Origin: Cycas panzhihuaensis | Taxonomy: Eukaryota > Plantae > Cycadophyta | Length of the DNA stretch: 64,000 nt | Assembly: GCA_023213395.1 (NCBI GenBank) | Contig: CM041465.1 | Span: 225,191,741 to 225,255,740 of the forward strand | Reading direction: 5' to 3' | Part shown: positions 40,501 to 53,900 of the stretch, in pieces | How the letters are laid out: each line of letters opens with the position of its first letter | Position numbering within the stretch: the first letter of the stretch is position 1 | The notes under the pieces: model-generated | The model's input: the letters and a program-made list of their open reading frames with translations, nothing else | What the model was told of the DNA's origin: nothing | The model's database searches: none | Translations under genes and position numbers: made by a program

Positions 40501-43500
40501 TTAGTTAATGAGTCTACATCATTCTCTTGTGTAGTAATCTTCTACAAATCTACCTTGTGATCTTGAACTATTTACCCCATAAAATAGAACTGCATATCAA
40601 TATGCTTTGACCAAGCATGAAAAATGGGATTCTTTGCTAGGTAGATTGCACTTTGACTATTACAATTTATCCTCATAGTATCTTGCTTAAAGCCAATATC
40701 TGTGCATAATCTTTGCAACCAAATTGCTTCCTTGCACGTATGAGTAATTGCGATATACTCTACTTCTATACTAGAAAGTACCATAACTTGTTGTCTTTTA
40801 CTCATCCAGCTAACTGCACTACCACAAAAGGTAAAAATATACCTACTTGTAGATCTTCTGTTGTCAAGATCTCAGTCTAATCAACATCAACAAAACCTCT
40901 TAGGTTCATTATTCTACTCTCTATGGGATCTCCTTGATGGAAAATTCCATAGTCTGATCTACCTCGTAGATACCTAAAAATTCTTTTCTTAGCCACCTAA
41001 TGCTCCCTACTTAGGTTTGATATATACCTACTAACTACTCCCACTACATGGGCAATGTCTGGTCAAGTGCAAACCATCGCATACATTAGGCTACCAACAA
41101 CACTAGCATAAGGGACAAATGCCATGTCTTTAACTTCTTGGTGAGTCTTTAGGCATTGTTCAGCTAATAATTTTAAACTAGTAGGAAGAGGAACATTAAT
41201 TGGTTTACTATCCTGCAACCTAAATTGTTGCAATATTGTCTCAATGTACCATATTTGGCTAAACCAAATCTTCTTGTTTCTCTTATCCCTTTTAATCTCA
41301 ATGCCCAAAATAAAATGTGTAACACAAAGGACCTTCATCTTAAAGTGAGATGACAGTTGGTATTTTATAAGTTGGTTCATTCCTTTATTATTACCATCTA
41401 AAAGTATGTCATCAACATATAAAGCCAGAATAACAAAATGATCACCAACCTACTTATAATAAACACAATGATCTACTTTGCTATAAACAAAACCATCTGC
41501 CAATATATGTCAATCAAACTTTTTATACCATATCCTTGGTGACTATTTTAAGCCATATAATGACATCTTGAACATGTACACCATATTCTCTTTTCCTGCA
41601 GCTTCAAACCTTTCATGGTACAATATATAAATTTCTTCCTCAAGGTCACCGAGGAGAAATGCAATCTTCATATCCATTTAATCCACCTCAATGTCATAGG
41701 CAGCTGCTACAACCAATAAAAATCTAATTGAAGTAACTTTTGCAATAGGAGAAAATACCTTACCAAAATCTATTCTATTGACCTAGGAATAGCCCTTTGT
41801 TACCAAATGAGCCTTGTACTTTTCTATAGTACCATCTGCCTAAAACTTCTTCTTGAAGATCCATTTATTATCAATAGGATTTCTGCCATCAGGCAGATCT
41901 GCCAAATCCTACGTATTATTTTTTTCCAAGGCTATTGTTTCTTCTTGTATGGCCTTTATCCAGAGTTCACTTTCTTTTGACTATAGAGCCTCCCGAATAG
42001 TACCTGAATCATCATCTATAGCAGATAAAATAAAAGAGGAGTGACAAAAGTCTTCATGAATATATATGTCAGGATGTCTTCTCTTATGAGTTGGTCTCCT
42101 TAAGATATAAGGTTCTTGAGGTTGAGTTACCTCTATAATTAGTTCTTCCTCTTCAACTGACTCATATTCTGATGTAGAATCTTCATCCCTTACTTCAAAT
42201 TATTCCTTCTTAGAGTGTTCCTACTTTGGTTCTTCATCCTACTTTAGAGACTTAAACTTCTCTCTAAATACAACATCACGACTATACATAACCTTTTGTG
42301 TTTCAAGGTTATAAAGCTTATACCCTTTAACATCATCACCATAGTTAATGAAAATAGTCTTTTGTGCTTTAAAATCAAGCTTAGTCCTTTGTTGTTTAGG
42401 AACATGCACAAAAGTTTCACAACCAAACACTCTAAGGTGTCCAAGAGATGGTTTCTTACTAGACCACACTTCTTCAGGTATTTTGTATATTAAGGTAGTT
42501 GTCGGTGATCTATTTATCAGGCAGCTTGCAGTCATCACAGCCTCCGCCCAGAATTTCTTCTCTAATCTAGCAGCACTGAGCATACTCCTTGATCTCTCTA
42601 GCAAGGTCCTATTCACCCTTTTAGTAACTATATTTTGTTATGGTGTATAAGGAATTATCTTTTGCCTTGCTATCCCACATGGATTACAGAATTACTCAAA
42701 CTCCTTTGAGAATAACTCCCCTCTATTATACGTCCTCAGTACCTTGATCCACCTGTCACTCTGATTCTCGACCAAGACTTTGAATTCTTTGAATTTACTA
42801 AAGACTTCAGATTTCTGCTTGAGAAAGTACAGTCATGTATTTCTTAAGAAATCATCTATGAATGAGAAAAAGTATTTGGACCCACAAAAAACATTATTGT
42901 GCACCAATTGTAGAATACCCTTTGCTCTCTTTGAACTTAAAGGAAACTTGACTCAATTATGTTTGCCATACACACAATGCTCATAGAAATCAAAATTAAA
43001 GGATCCATTAATTCCATAGATGTCTTCTACTATACCTTTGGAGAATAAATCATGGAGGCCTTTCTCTCTAATATGGCCCAAGCTCTGATGGCACAACATA
43101 GATTTACTAGCAAGTGATATTTGAGTCTTGCCTTCATTATTGCTACTTTCTGTAATAGCTAGACTGCAGCTTCTAGCACATACTATACTTGCATCAAGCT
43201 TGTATAGTGTTCCAAATTGAACCCCTCTTGCTAACACCAACACTCCTTGAACCATTCTACAACTGTCTTTATTGAAGATCACTTCTATTCCTACATCACC
43301 CAATTGACTGATAGACAACAGACTCATAGCTAAACGAGGAATGTAACTCACATCAGGGATAGTTTTAACCCTTCCATCTCCAAATCAAACCTTTATCCTT
43401 CCACGACCTATAATTTTATATAGGTAATGATCCCTAAGAAATACCTCATCTCCATCAATCCTTATGTATTCACAAAACTAGTCCCTATGGGGAGTAACAT

Positions 43501-45053
43501 GAAGAGAAGCACTAAAGTCAATTAACCAAGACTCAACATTTGACAACTTACCTGAGGTTGCTAAATAAGCATCACCATTAACTTTATTAAAGGCTTTTAT
43601 TACCATGGAAGAAGTAGCTTTAGGTGACTTTCCTTTGTTAACCTTGACTCAACACTGGCTCTTCATATGGCCAGCCTTCCCACATCTCCAGCACACCAAA
43701 GTTCCTCTACCTAGAGATTTAGATTTTCCTCTGGATTTTGGCCATCTATTCCTAGGCCTTTGTTGGTTGCGATCCAATGTTCGACCTCTTACTACTAATG
43801 TTTCTTTTGAATAATCCTTAGAAGATTTTTTCCTTGTCTCTTTTGACAGCAAAGCAACAACAACATTATCAGTAGTTGTGCTGCTAATCATCATCACAAG
43901 ATTATCCCAAGAATGAGGAAGTGAACATAAAAGGGTAATACGCATATCTTCTTTAGACATTGTTATCCCAAGTGAAACAAGCTAGCTCACCATAGTGTTA
44001 AATGTAGTGAGATGATCTTCAACTACATCTCCATCAATTATCATGAGTGAATACAACTTTTTTCAAAGAAATAGCTTATTAACAAGGGCTTTGTCTAATA
44101 TAAAGCCTCTAACTTTCTCCATAGATCTTTGGCTATAGACTCTGTGGCAACATTTAATAATATCATGTTTGAAAGGCATAACCTTATCGAACTAATTACC
44201 TTTTGATCAAGCTTCTTCCAGTCTTCATCACCCATAGTCACAGGATTTGTTCCTGCTACAATGATCCATTGATCCTTCTCGACAAGGATATCTTCTATAT
44301 TTACCTTCCACAACTCAAAGTTTTAGCCATTGAACTTTTTAACCTCCATCTTTGTAGTGCTTGCCATGATCTTCATACTCAAGTTCACTGCACAAAACTC
44401 CTACTTACCAAATGGCTTCCCACATAACTAAAATCCTAAGCTCTTTTACCAAATGAAGAGAAAATATAACTGTAGAAGCAATGTAATATTAACACTCTAA
44501 ACTATGTAAAAAATAAATAATATAAATAAATCAAACACTCAACAAAGAACACCAGGAGATTCCGGTCTAAGCATAGACCTTTTATTAATTTGAGCAATAG
44601 CTAACAAATTATAGAGATAAATAAACCCTAATTCTTCTCCTTGACTCATCCACTACCATATCATCATATATTACACATGCCGTTACAAAAGAATATATAG
44701 ACACAACATTATAAGATATTACCTTGTGGTATTATAATATAATGGGTATAAACCATAGGCCAACAAAAGACCCCTATAAGACACCCAAAAAAATTTCTTG
44801 GGGGCTCCCACCCCTAAACCCCTGCTTAGGGGGTCGTTGGCCCCCTAGACCCCCTAGTTAGGGGCCCTACAACAGGCCCCTAGACCCCCATAAAGGGGCC
44901 CGCGTGTAATGCTTATACCCATGTAACACTTGCAAAGTGTTCAACATATCTAACAAAAATATAGTTTTATTTACAAGCAACACACCCATGATTAAATAAA
45001 GAAAATAAGAAAAGCATACAAAAGTCAATTAAGGGCTTGATTTTGGTAAAACA
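37590..45053. mobile_element. ~2.4-kb probable solo LTR (37590-39884 plus 44961-45053) inserted in chromovirus #2 3' LTR
   Basis: Begins TG, ends AAAACA, flanked by TAAGC/CAAGC. No coding motifs. The host LTR resumes exactly after it. Confidence 0.65.
39885..44955 (-). mobile_element. Full-length decayed Ty1/Copia element, 5071 bp
   Basis: LTRs 39885-40385 and 44454-44955 (TGAAG...TAACA); TSD AAAAT; degenerate PBS at 44440-44451; PPT at 40386-40396; zinc knuckle CWRCGKAGHMKSQC; INT KKFWAEAV; RT PYASVVGSLMYAMVCT; RH SSIEVEYIA. Confidence 0.95.
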
Positions 45054-46479
45054 CAAGCAACAACCACCAAAAGGTTAAGAATTGATGTTAGTTATTAAGA
45101 TTTGTGTATGGGCTGTTAAGCCCTCCAATAAGATATAAGGCCATTAAGGCCACCAATAGGATCACAGGAAGGAGACCCCTATATGTATATTTAAAGGGTC
45201 GAAGACTACTTATAATGTTGTTCATGATTATTATCTTTTGACTAGAAAAGTACTTTGATACTCCCTTTGGTGCCCATTTTATTATATAATATATTATATA
45301 TTTTGTTTTAAAAAAGTATGATATTTTACCCTTTTGTTTCCCATATGTAGAGTTTGCAAGGTTGATTTTTTGAAGGAATACTTCACTGAGGGACTTGATA
45401 ATTAGCGTTAGCCATTAACATTTATATGTGGGTCATTTACTTCTACCAATAGAATGTATATTGTTTATACCTACTAATGGGAATCCATGAAAGAGGCCTT
45501 TGTTTTCTTTATAAGGCCCCATCAAATGTAAACAAATTATTATTGTGTATATGAGATCTTATATGTAGCATACTATAGTACTACTTTGGTGTCCTTTTGT
45601 TATCTTTTGATTTGGTAATTTACCTTTTATATTAACAAAGATTGATTTATTATATTACTATTCATGATATTATGCCCTTTGAGCTCTCTTAGTTGTGTAT
45701 TTATGGTACTAATTGGAGTAGACTTATCCCAAAAAGTTATTAGATAAAATCTCTTAAGTTTGTAAATATATTAGCAACATGAATATATATGAAAATGCTC
45801 ACCTAAGTGGTTGTAATGTCATTGGTAGACTTAAAGGTTCTTATATATGATATTATTAGTTGATGTTTAATTATAATCATTAGTTCATGATAAGATGGTA
45901 AATTCTATATAAGGGTATAATTTATTAAATTTAAGTGATGTGAATATCTAGTTCTCCTTGGGAGACTAGTTTGGTACCACATAAGAGCTCATTTATTCTT
46001 TTATGTATATTATTCATATTAATTAGATCTCATATATTTATTAGAAATGGTTTTTTCTAATTAAGGGTTGTCCACTATAAATCTTGTGTTCATTTATGGT
46101 TTAATATTTATTGATGCAATACCCTATTACATATTATTATTTATTGATCATAAGTTTCATTATTATGCTTCCATATATTTCTCATATTATTACACTTTTT
46201 TTTTTGGTAAGGTTTAAATAAATGCAAGGATTTAAAAGGGGGGCGCAACCCCTTTACAAAATTTGTTGAATCAGCCACTTAGATCTTCTGTGACAAGCCC
46301 ATGGCCTAGCTTCAAAATAAACCAAACCTAAGAAACCAACTAGACCACCCCTACCACGACAAGCCCAGTGGTTAGCTTAATAAGTTAAGACTACTTATCT
46401 GCTGCAACTAACCTAGTAACCAACTAAGAAGACCTACCAGAATTGGTACCCTCCGGATCTTTCCTAACTAGATCCATAA

Positions 46480-49400
46480 TCTCTTTAGGGATAAAATCCC
46501 TTCAAGCCTCACTTCTTTTAAATTGGACCTGCCAATTAGCCAGACTATCAACCACCCCATTCCCTTCCCTATATGTGTGAACCACCTAAATCTTTGCTCT
46601 CTTTTGGAAAGACTCCTTAGCATCATTTATCATAGCTCTGAGCTTCCAATATGGATCCACTTCGCCTATAATTAATTTTATTATATTCAATGAATCCCCT
46701 TCAAAAATCACTCTATCATGCCCCTCTTAGAATATCATTTCCATGGCTTTATGCATTGGGTCCAACTCAGCATGGTGATTAGTTTAAGTCTCATAATATT
46801 TATCAAAAGCCCAAGTCACATTCTCTTCAACATTTCTACAAACCCCTCCACCCCCTACTTTATTAAGGTTACCTTTCGCCACACTATTAAAATTAATTTT
46901 AACCCAACTCTTAGGAGGGGGACGCCATCTACAAAGCTTTTTTGGTTTCGTGTTCATAATGGGATTCCTAATATCCCACTCTTCTAAGATCTTCCTTAGA
47001 GGGAATAAAATTTTCTTCCTCCTTCTTCAAGGTCTCTCTCAGAGCTACAAAGATCATCCCAAAAAGCTTAGATCCATCCATGTGTTTCTCTTGAAAATTT
47101 CTCCTATTCCTCTCTTTCGAAAGATTCCACATCAACACAGGTAATGATGTTATCTACAAAAACCTTAAAGTTTTACATCTAAAGGGGAAATTCTATGAAG
47201 TTACTAAATCCTTCACAGTTCCAGGGGATACCCAATCTACTCCAAAGGAGTTCCACAACAACTTCCACACCTCCTTGGAATAAGAGTAGTGCAATAGGAA
47301 ATGGTCGAGAGACCCCTCCTCTTTTCGACATAAAATACATCTATTCACCATTGATAATCCTCTTTTCCTTAAGTTATCTAAGGTTAGGATTTTAATCTTT
47401 AGGCATCACCACCAAAAGATGGCTACCTTAGGGATTAGGCCTATTTTCCAGACTCCCTATAATACCTTGTTTTTAGTTATTCCCTTTTTTTAGATGAGAA
47501 ATAAGTAGCCAGATTTCACTGAATACTCCCTAGAAGGGGACAGAGGCCAAACCAGGGAGTCTGCCTTGGAAAATCTGCATATATATATTTTTACTAACTC
47601 ACACCTGAGGGCCTCAATTTGCTCCTCACCCGCATATTCAGGGGGGATATCATCAAAGTGCCTCTAATTTTTTATGCCCCCATGGATCTCCCTATAATCC
47701 TTGACTTTCCTACCATATAACCTTTCACAAGTGTCTTAGATAGAGCCAATAACCGATCTCTTCTTTATTTGGGGTTATCCACACAAGACATCCTCCTAAA
47801 AATTAATCAGCTCCCCATCCCCTAGACACCATTAAACTCCCAATACCATCATCTTTCTTGCGTATGTTAGACTTCTCCAAATCGTGGAACCTAACTTGCC
47901 TGAGAGATCATCACTTAGGTATTACTTATCCCTAAGGTATTTCTAGACCACAATTTTACACGATGAACTTTATCCTCCTTGGCCAATCTCTAGCCCAACT
48001 TAGCCATTAAGGCCTTATTAAAGCAAGTAATATTTTCAACATTCAGCCTACCAACCCATTTAGAGAGGTAGACTTTCTTCTAGGCCACTAGATGAATTAT
48101 GTCCCTCTCCTCTACCTTGGATCATATGAACCTTTTCTGAATGGATTTTAATATATTAATAACATTCACGGGGCATCTAAACAACGACATCATATAGGTT
48201 GGAATGCTCTAAAGAGAGGCCACCAGTAATTGAAGTTTTCTAGCTTGGCTAAGAAGATCCCCCTTCCAACTAGCCAACTTCCTTTACACCTAATCAATAA
48301 TCGAGTTCCATAGATCCTTCTCCATTCTACCCACAAAAAGTGCCATACTAAGGAAAAGGATAAGGAGCTTCCTAATTGGTATTTCGAGAATCTTGCTAAT
48401 AACTCTTTGGGTTCTCTCCATGGTGTTCAGGAAACTATGTTGCTTTTGTTAAGGTTTATCTTCTGATTCGTCATAATCTCAAACCTTTCGAGCTTGTTCT
48501 TTATAGCTCTAGCTTTCGTAATAGTAGCTCTACCCAACAAAATGTTGTCATCCATAAAGTGATGATGAACTATATTATCCACACCTGAGGTAGGCTTTAA
48601 ACCCAAAATCTTCCCTATCTTCTTGGCCTTCTCCATAGGCCTTCCCATCAATTTAGCCATAATGATAAATAGGTACGACGCTAAGGGATCCCCTTACCTC
48701 AAACCTCTAAAGCTTGAAAAGAAAGCAATCAAAGTACTATTAATAATCATCGAAAACTTTGGCTTTAAGATACAACTATTTATCCAATTCCCTAAATGAT
48801 CACTAAAGCTAAAAGCTCTGATGCAATCCAATAAGCAATCTTATAAAACCCTATCATAGGCCTTTAAAAGATCAATTTTGACTATTACCCCATGCTCTTT
48901 ATTCTGGTCAGTCAACTGGACAGTGTCATAGACCACAATTATTTCATCTAATATCTGTCTTCCTTTAATAAAACCATCCTAACTAGGCGATATGGTCAAG
49001 GGGAGGATACTATTAAGCCCGTTAGCCAAAATCTTGGACACAATTTTATACTTCACATTACACAGGCTAATAGGTCTAAAGTCCTCCATCCTTTTTGTAT
49101 CGCCCTTCTTCAGGATCAAAACCAAGAAGGTAGCCTGCCATTTCTCATGAATCTTACTATTCTCATAAAATTCCATAACGGCCTCTAAGAGATCTTCCTT
49201 AATGATGTCCCAATATTCCTAGAAGAAGCTGCCAAGGGGGAAGCCATATGGACCTAGAGCTTTCTCCTTCTTCATACCAAAAATAACTCTTTTCACCTCT
49301 TCCATTTAGAAGGGGGCTTCTAAGACTCTATTCATCTTCTCTCCTATGATCTTGGGGATTAGATCTAAAGCCTCTCTCCTAGCCCTCACATCCTGACACC

Positions 49401-50635
49401 CTGGTTCATCGAATATGTCCTTGAAGTAATCAACAGCCACATCCTTAATGCCTTTTAGCTTTGATATTTCCTCGCCATCCTTATTAACCAAAACCTTAAT
49501 TTGGTTGTGGGTCCTATATTTAGTGTGTTCATGTGGAAATTTTTTATATTTCTATTCTCCTCAGCCAACCACAGGGCCCTAGATTTTGCCTCCAATGGAT
49601 TTCCTCTTTTAATAGGATTCCCTCCATCTTAGAGAGCAAGCTTCTCTTACTCTGGTCCAAAGATTGAGACCTCCCTTCCTCCTAGATTTTTGTCTCTAAA
49701 TCCTTGATCTCCCCCAAGATCTGGTTCTTTATTTCAAAAATATTCCCATGAGAGCTCTTATTCCAATCTTTAACCTTACATTTCACCCAGTTCAACATTT
49801 TAGAAAATCTTAGCATCATGTATCCTTCAACTGGGACCATCCACTAATCTTTTATCAACTCATAGAGGATTGGTTCCTTTATCCATATAAGCTCAAAGCA
49901 AAAATGGACTCCCATATATCTTTTGTTATTAGCAAATCCCAACACCAATGAGGAGTGATTTGAGACCAACTTTGGTATGGATTCTAAGGTAATACTATTA
50001 TAATGACTAACCCAAGCATAGTTTATTAGAACTCTATCAAGTTTAACCTGGATATGATGGGCTCCTAGCTTTTTATTAGACTAAATAAACTTTAGACCCC
50101 TAAGGAAGATATCCATCATACCCCCCTTTTACATGAATTCCCCTAGGTCCTCCATGCTCTTTGTCCAGCCTCCTTGACAGCCTCTTTTTTCTTCATGGGA
50201 CAAGGTAGTATTGAAGTCTCCAATTATCAACCAAGGTCCCCTCCATTCTTTATGGCCTTCCAACATCCTATCCCACAAACATTTCCTTCCTTATAGCGTA
50301 AGAGGAGCATATACATTCGAGACCAACCATTTAAGATTTAATTTCCTATAGGTCATCTAGGAGGATATAAAATAATCCTCAGATAGATAGGCCTCTCCCT
50401 CCCATCCTTTGGGGTTCCACATGGTGGCCAAGCTGCCGGAGCCCCTTTCCCCATCCATAATAATCATATCATCTCCTCTCTAGACTTTGTTCTTAATTTT
50501 ATCCCTATTAACTACTTCTAATTTAGTTTCTTGGAGTAATAAGATATCTAAATCAAGTTGAGCTCAGAAATCTCTAACCATTCTATATTCAGATGAGGTA
50601 TTTATGCCTTGAATATTCCAAGAGGTAAGTTTCAT
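46480..50635 (-). pseudogene. L1 ORF2 (APE endonuclease, RT, zf-RVT, RNase H), disrupted
   Basis: Endonuclease WLIIGDFN and SNHSS motifs; RT motifs in ORFs 48427-48660 and 48979-49176; RNase H at about 46520-46900. Confidence 0.9.
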
Positions 50636-50639
50636 AATT

Positions 50640-52000
50640 ACACAGCCTCCTTCTCCCTCAATTCTCCTTATCCTTTATTTCTTAACCTGAAGCCCAACCC
50701 TCCTCCATCCCTTAAGGTTCTTTAATTACCTTAGTCTATCTTTGAGGCTACCTCCCTTTTGTGTAGCAACCTTAGAGGGGGCCTACCAACCCTCCTTTCA
50801 CTTCCAAAATCTAGGCCTTTGACATGTTCTAGGTCCTTAAATTCTTCCCAATTCCCTTTGTCTCTGATTTTCCAAACCCTCTTAGGTTTTCCTTACTCCT
50901 CTTATCTATTTGCTGGGGTTGGTTCTTCATTTTAGGAGGTAGCCTTCTCCCCTATTAGGGTCTCATTATCCGTTTTAGCAAGCTCAATCTCTTCTATTTG
51001 AGTCTGATGATGTGTTGGGATGGGACTCATCCTATCCCCTTCCCTCCCTTCTTCCTCCCTATCTTCGAGGATATCTTCCTCATCTAAGTCTAGCTCCTTT
51101 CCAGCCTCTATTAAATCTTCTTCTATCCTCTTCCCCTCATCAGGATCACCTGGATGGCCACCTTGCTTATCATTATCCTCACTCATATCACCCTCATAGA
51201 TTGCCTTAGACTCCTTCTTTGATTATCTAGGGCAGTTTTGAGAGAGGTGACCTAGATGCTTACAAGTTATATATCTAATATTTTCAAGTTCGTACATTAA
51301 TTTTTGGTCTCTAGTCCACCCTTCTCCCTTAATTTTCACCTAATCAGGGAGAGGTCTATCCATTATAGCCAAAGCACAAAATCTTACATTCACTAGCCTG
51401 CTCTTGTTCTTAGTGGCATAATCCACTGTCAAAAGAGGATTGATGACCTTAGCTATCCCTTTTATGGCGTCCATGTCCCAAGATTGTAATGGAAAGCCTA
51501 GGAGATGAACCCAAAGAGGGATTTAGTTAATAGATCCCTTAGTTGGATCGAAGTTTGGATGGCATTTCTCCATGAAGAACACTTTCCTCCCCATCATCCA
51601 GGGTGATTTTAGTAGGACACTTATCATGTCTTCTTTGTACATGAATTTAAAAAGTACACATCCCTTTGGGAGTGCTATGACCTCCACCATCCCTTTCGGT
51701 TTTTATCTTTGCCTCACCCATTTCGTGATAGGGTCTGCTCTAGGTCTGGGTCCTGAGAAGTACCCTACTAGGCAGTTTTCCCAGTGCCTCTCTATGCAAT
51801 CATATAATCTCTTGGAAATAGATATTCTAATCATATCCTCATTTATAATGGGGTTTATATCAAAGAATTCTACTTCTTCTCCTATTTTTAAGGCCTCTAT
51901 ATATGATTTTTCTTTGTTTAGATTATGGATCTAGTTAGGGTTTTGAATCTATTTATGAGACTAGTCTTGAATTGATTCTTGATTATTATCCATATTTGAT
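50640..52000 (-). pseudogene. L1 ORF1 (DUF4283-like, zinc knuckle, acidic linker), disrupted
   Basis: LVGYFSGPRP, KSPWMMGRK, WVHLLGFPLQSWD, zinc knuckle at about 51230-51275, acidic ORF 50932-51186. Confidence 0.8.
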
Positions 52001-52670
52001 AAACACAAAACTTCCTCCATTATTCTAATAAAACCCAAAGAAATACTTCAAATAATAGAATCAACATACTGCTGAGATCAAAGTAAAAGGCCTCACCTGG
52101 TAGAGCATGCAAACATCATCTCTTATCCATCCACCTCTAGGAGACGTGATTCCTTAAACTCTACTAGGAAATGTCTTCTTCATGATGTGCCTTATGGATC
52201 CTAGTTGTGGGTTTACATATAGGGATACCTAATTTTCATGGCCCTAGTAGAGGGATGCATGTTCCCTTATGCCTATTTAAGATCTCTCTACTTTGACACC
52301 AACACAGGAACCATAAAGCTGCATGGGACAAGGGGTTTCTATCTTCCTTAGACTAACCAATCTAGGATTATGTCCTCTTATCCATTAGAGCCAAGTCGTC
52401 ACCTCCATGAGCCTCCTTGAACCGTCAACCCACTATCTATAACTCCTAACAGATCTCAGCCCTTCGTATATTTGGGGACTAGTCTACATCATAGTCAAGG
52501 GCCTGGTTGCAGCCTCATGCCCATCTAAGAGACCTTCATCTCTAGCGAGAATAATCTAGTCCTCCTGAAGCTTGGTTGTCGCTGCCTCTAATGAAACCCT
52601 AACCCATCCCTATATTATTACACATATATAATTATAATATTTATACTGTAATTTCAATTTTTTTCTAATA

Positions 52671-53900
52671 TGGTATTAGAATTGTATAATATTTTTAATA
52701 TGATATTAGAGTCAATGGTAGAAATTCTTGAGGAGTTATATGAAGTATTATAGCACTAAGTGATAGAACACTATAATTTGAGACCTTGTTTAAGAGAAAA
52801 GAAGAGTAAAAAGTAGGAGGAAGATAGAAGTAAGATTGAGTTAGTTTTATCCTAAGCTAAGAGAGCTCATAAAAGAATGAAGGAACTAGTTTTATGCCAT
52901 TTTGACTAATGTGATTGAGGCATGATAATGAAATGAAGAGCCATATAAAGATTGAGTTTAAAAATTACATACATGATGAAATTTAAAACTAACTGTATGA
53001 TTAATATTTTGATGAGATTTAATAAATATTTATTATTCATGCAAGGCCTCTATTTCTACATAGCATGTAGGAGTTGTGATATATGTTTATAAGTTTATGA
53101 TGAGCTCATTCAAAGGACTAATCATCTTGAAATATAATCCATGAGAAGAAAGGGTGAAGATATAAGAAGACCCCTATTAGTATATTATCATAGTAGATTC
53201 ATGTTAAAGAATACATGTATATGGTGATGATCATTGATATCTTAAGATGATATGTGGTGCATGTTATATAGGCTATTAGAGATAAGATGAAGTAAAGATT
53301 ACGCAAGCAATTATGAGTGTTCCATGATGTGGAATTTAGTGCCAAAATGACATAAGCAAACCCACAAGAGTTTAGAGATGAAAATAGGCAACAAGCTTAT
53401 ATTGTAGTCACTATATAGTAGATTTAAAGTAGATGAAGAGTCCAAGGAAGTGGACATATGGCAATTGTAGATTAAAGAATATGGAAACCCATTTCAAGTG
53501 CATTTTATGTAGTAAAAGAGAAGAAGTTATATCTTAAGGTAATAAATAATATGATGGTAGTAAAGATCAACCCTAGGAAACTCTAAAAGAATGTAAATGT
53601 GTGGAAATATTTATCTAAAAGAGAGGCATCCTATAAGAGGGCATTATAGCTATGAAGAAGTCATGAAGAGGTGTGATTAAAGAGGTAGTGAATTGCAGTA
53701 GATATAGTAACCCATATATATAATAGTGAATTATAATAGATATGTACAAGAAAGTGGCTCCCACATAACTGAGAATGATGAGAGGTAGTTGGTGGCTCTA
53801 TTGTATAAAGGGTAATAACAACAAGTAAAAGAAGATAATAAACAAGCATCAATAGTGGTTCAAATGGAATTCTACCTATTACATGACATCTACATCAAAT
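52671..53900 (+). mobile_element. Very decayed LTR-retroelement internal region (PBS and gag-like)
   Basis: PBS-like TGGTATTAGA at 52671 and TGATATTAGAGTC at 52701, followed by ATG and purine-rich gag-like sequence. Motifs are weak. Confidence 0.4.

Larger units (their letters stand above)
31346..45385 (+). mobile_element. Chromovirus Ty3/Gypsy #2, full length, 3' LTR split by nested insertions
   Basis: 5' LTR 31346-31673; PBS TGGTATCAGAGCC 31676-31688; gag-pol 33050-37540; PPT AGAGGGGG at 37541; 3' LTR is 37554-37589 plus 45059-45385; TSD CTAAG (31341-31345) and CTGAG (45386-45390). Confidence 0.85.
46196..52611 (-). mobile_element. Full-length decayed L1 LINE with C-terminal RNase H
   Basis: Poly(A) seen as T10 at 46196-46205; TSD ATATTATTACAC at 46184-46195 and 52612-52623; ORF1 with zinc knuckle CKHLGHLSQNC; ORF2 from ATG 50635 (MKLTSWNIQG), DFRPISLCNVKYKI, HHHFMDDNIL, RNase H EGDSL and HTYREGN. 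Confidence 0.95.
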
